Source of the DNA: Vezdaea acicularis
Taxonomy: Eukaryota
Length of the DNA: 64,000 nucleotides
Reading direction: 5' to 3'
Assembly (NCBI GenBank): GCA_026025075.1
Contig: JAPEUI010000034.1
Span: 62,001-126,000 of the forward strand
In this document: positions 61,801 to 64,000 of the stretch, piece after piece
Numbering within the stretch: position 1 is the first letter of the stretch
Layout: each line of letters opens with the position of its first letter
Notes under the pieces: generated by a model
Databases searched by the model: none
The model's input: the letters and a program-made list of their open reading frames with translations, nothing else
Told to the model about the DNA's origin: nothing
Program-made: the position numbers and the translations under genes

Positions 61801-64000
61801 CCTTGGCTACGTTGTGTTGCCCGCAAGCGTATCTATGGAGGACGACAGGGTCGAGTCCATCAGGAGCTGGCCTGTCCCCAAGAGCTTTAGAGAATTGCAG
61901 ATCTTTCTAGGCTTTGCCAACTTTTATAGGCGATTCGTGAAGAACTACGCAAGGGTAGCAAGCGGTCTCACGACGCTGTTACAGGGGAGCAAGAACGAAA
62001 AAAAAACTGGCCCCTTTGAGATGATGCTTCAGGAGCTGCAGTCCTTTGAGGACCTCAAAGTAGCATTCATCACCGCCCCCGTACTGCAGCATTTTGATCC
62101 CAAGAAGAGGATCTTGATTGAGACGAATGCCTTTGGCTTTGCTATTGCCGGCATCCTCTCACAACCTGCTGACGATGCGCCCAAGGACAGCACGCAACAG
62201 CATTGGCATCCCGTCGCCTTCTGGTCAAAGAAGATGGAAGACGCGAAGACCCGCTATGAGACCCATGACGCTGAGCTTCTAGCCATCATCAAGGCGTTCA
62301 AGCACTGGCGGCACTACCTCGAGGGTAGTCGCCATACCATTAAGGTCCTGACGGACCACAACAATCTTAAATACTCCATAAGCACGAAGGCGCTCAACAA
62401 TCGGCAAGCCCGCTGGGCAGAGACTCTTGCCGCATATGACTTTGAGATTGAGTATCGGCCGGAGAAGAATAACCCCGCCGACGGACCCAGCAGGAGACCT
62501 GACTATGGGTCCGATGATAAGGGATTAGGGGCTTCAATGCTGCCTACCCTACAACGCAAGCTTGCCTACCTTGCTAAGAACAAGGGAGGCGTGGAAGCTT
62601 ATGTTCGCGTTGTGCGTAGGGCTACCGCTGAAGGTGAGCCCTACTCTTTTCACGGCTGTTTAGCCGGATACCACATGGCGGCCCTGCAGGATCAGCAGGC
62701 CGACGCGCACCATGCGGTGAGCTTGCGGGATCAGCAAGCTGGAGTACGACAACGTCCAGACAGTGCTCAGGGCGACCCCATTGAGGTTGAAGAAGACCCC
62801 AGTCCGATACCCACTGAGGGAATGTTGGCGGTGAGTACAGGTGTGTCGACGCACCTGGTACCCTGGTTGATGGCAGCAAGTGCTGCTTTGACCGAATTGG
62901 CATATGAGGACCCAAGCCCTATCTTGCTCGAGCTGATATCATAGACGCAGAGCGGGAACACCTTAACAGCGGATATCAAGAAGAGTCTAGGGAACGATGA
63001 CAGGACCGTAGCCGGATCGCATCCAGATAAGTGGGGAATCGATAGCAAAAGCCTGTTACAATTTGAAGGCAAGATATATGTGCCACAGGATGCAGCGTTG
63101 AGGGCGGAGATCATAAAGATCCACCACGATGACCCGTATGCGGGACACTTTGGAGCCGCCAGGAAGACGGCTCTGTTGACCCGCAAATACTGCTGGCAAA
63201 CCTTGAGAAAGGAGGCCAGCGACTATGTCCGCGAATGCAACATATGTCAGAGAACCAAAGCACCGCGGCATAAGCTCTACGGGGAGATGCAAGCGCTACC
63301 TTTGCCCAGCAGGCCATGGGAATCAATCACCATGGACCTCATCACAGGGTTGCCGCCCAGCCTAGCTACCGTAGGCGGGGCGGATACGCAAGATGCGGAC
63401 CTCAATGAGGAGACAAGGGCCTACGATGCTATCCTTGTGATAGTCGATTGGTATACAAAGATGGCTATATATATCCCTATCCGTAAGACCCTTGACGCGG
63501 TAGGCCTCGCTGACATCATCTTTGAAAAGGTAATAAGATCCTACGGCACACCGGCGTCAATCGTCACGGACAGGGGAAGCATCTTTACGAGCCAGTATTG
63601 GTCCACCCTCTGCTTCCATATGAAGGTGAAGCGGCGGCTGAGCACTGCCTTCCATCTGCAGATGGACGGACAGACGGAGAGACAGAATCAGACGCTCGAA
63701 CAGTATTTGCGATGCTACGCCAACTACCATCAAGACAATTGGGTGTCACTGTTGTCGACAGCGGAGTTTGCGTATAATAAAAGCAAGCATTCCGCCACCG
63801 GCAAATCGCCGTTCAAAGCCCTGATGAGATATCTACCGCCCGCACCATGGGACATCGAGGACGATGCCCCTAGGGGGAAGGCGCCGGCTGCACGCGAGAG
63901 AATCAAGAGGCTCATAGAAGCCAGAGATGGAATGGCATCCCGATGGGAAGCCGCGAAGGAGGCACAGGCGCGCTATTATAACGCCCATCACAAGCCTCAG
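58868..64000 (+). mobile_element. Ty3/Gypsy LTR retrotransposon (Tf1/chromovirus-like), inactivated, running off the window; 5' LTR 58868-59268, gag-pol from 59369
   Basis: Zinc knuckle CYTYSKKGHYASDC, protease FIDSGAEVN, RT ([33 protein letters not shown]), RNase H (TDHNNL), integrase (HHDD..GH, CNIC, TMDL, TDRG, GQTERQN); order PR-RT-RH-IN; many nonsense codons. Confidence 0.96.

Noticed and set aside
37680..64000. Accessory block as a Starship giant transposon
   Set aside because: No DUF3435 tyrosine-recombinase captain or convincing boundary direct repeat within the window; unresolved rather than excluded

Overview
Intron-containing filamentous ascomycete (Pezizomycotina-like) DNA in two compartments. 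Positions 1-37.6 kb are gene-dense core genome: ITC1 (partial), DRS2, CRIPT, MRPL46, SYT1-type Arf-GEF, ECM14, SFC1, twinfilin, MED22, DHFR, CDC42, a siderophore MFS transporter, a DUF1349 protein, a hypothetical gene and a Pol mu-like PolX. About 100 bp upstream of the PolX start codon the sequence switches abruptly to an accessory region (37.7-64 kb). That region holds AT-rich decayed repeats, solo LTRs of four to five families, Tc1 and pogo/Fot1 relics nested up to three deep, and a dead Ty3/Gypsy element. Embedded in it are GC-rich genes. The most notable are two very different, divergently transcribed MACPF/perforin-like genes without signal peptides (38.7-46.3 kb), a candidate two-component intracellular pore-forming system. 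An intact Mx-like dynamin GTPase and a Cys-rich, probably mitochondrial orphan ORF lie nearby. Gene models and domain calls were made by eye; no database searches were run.
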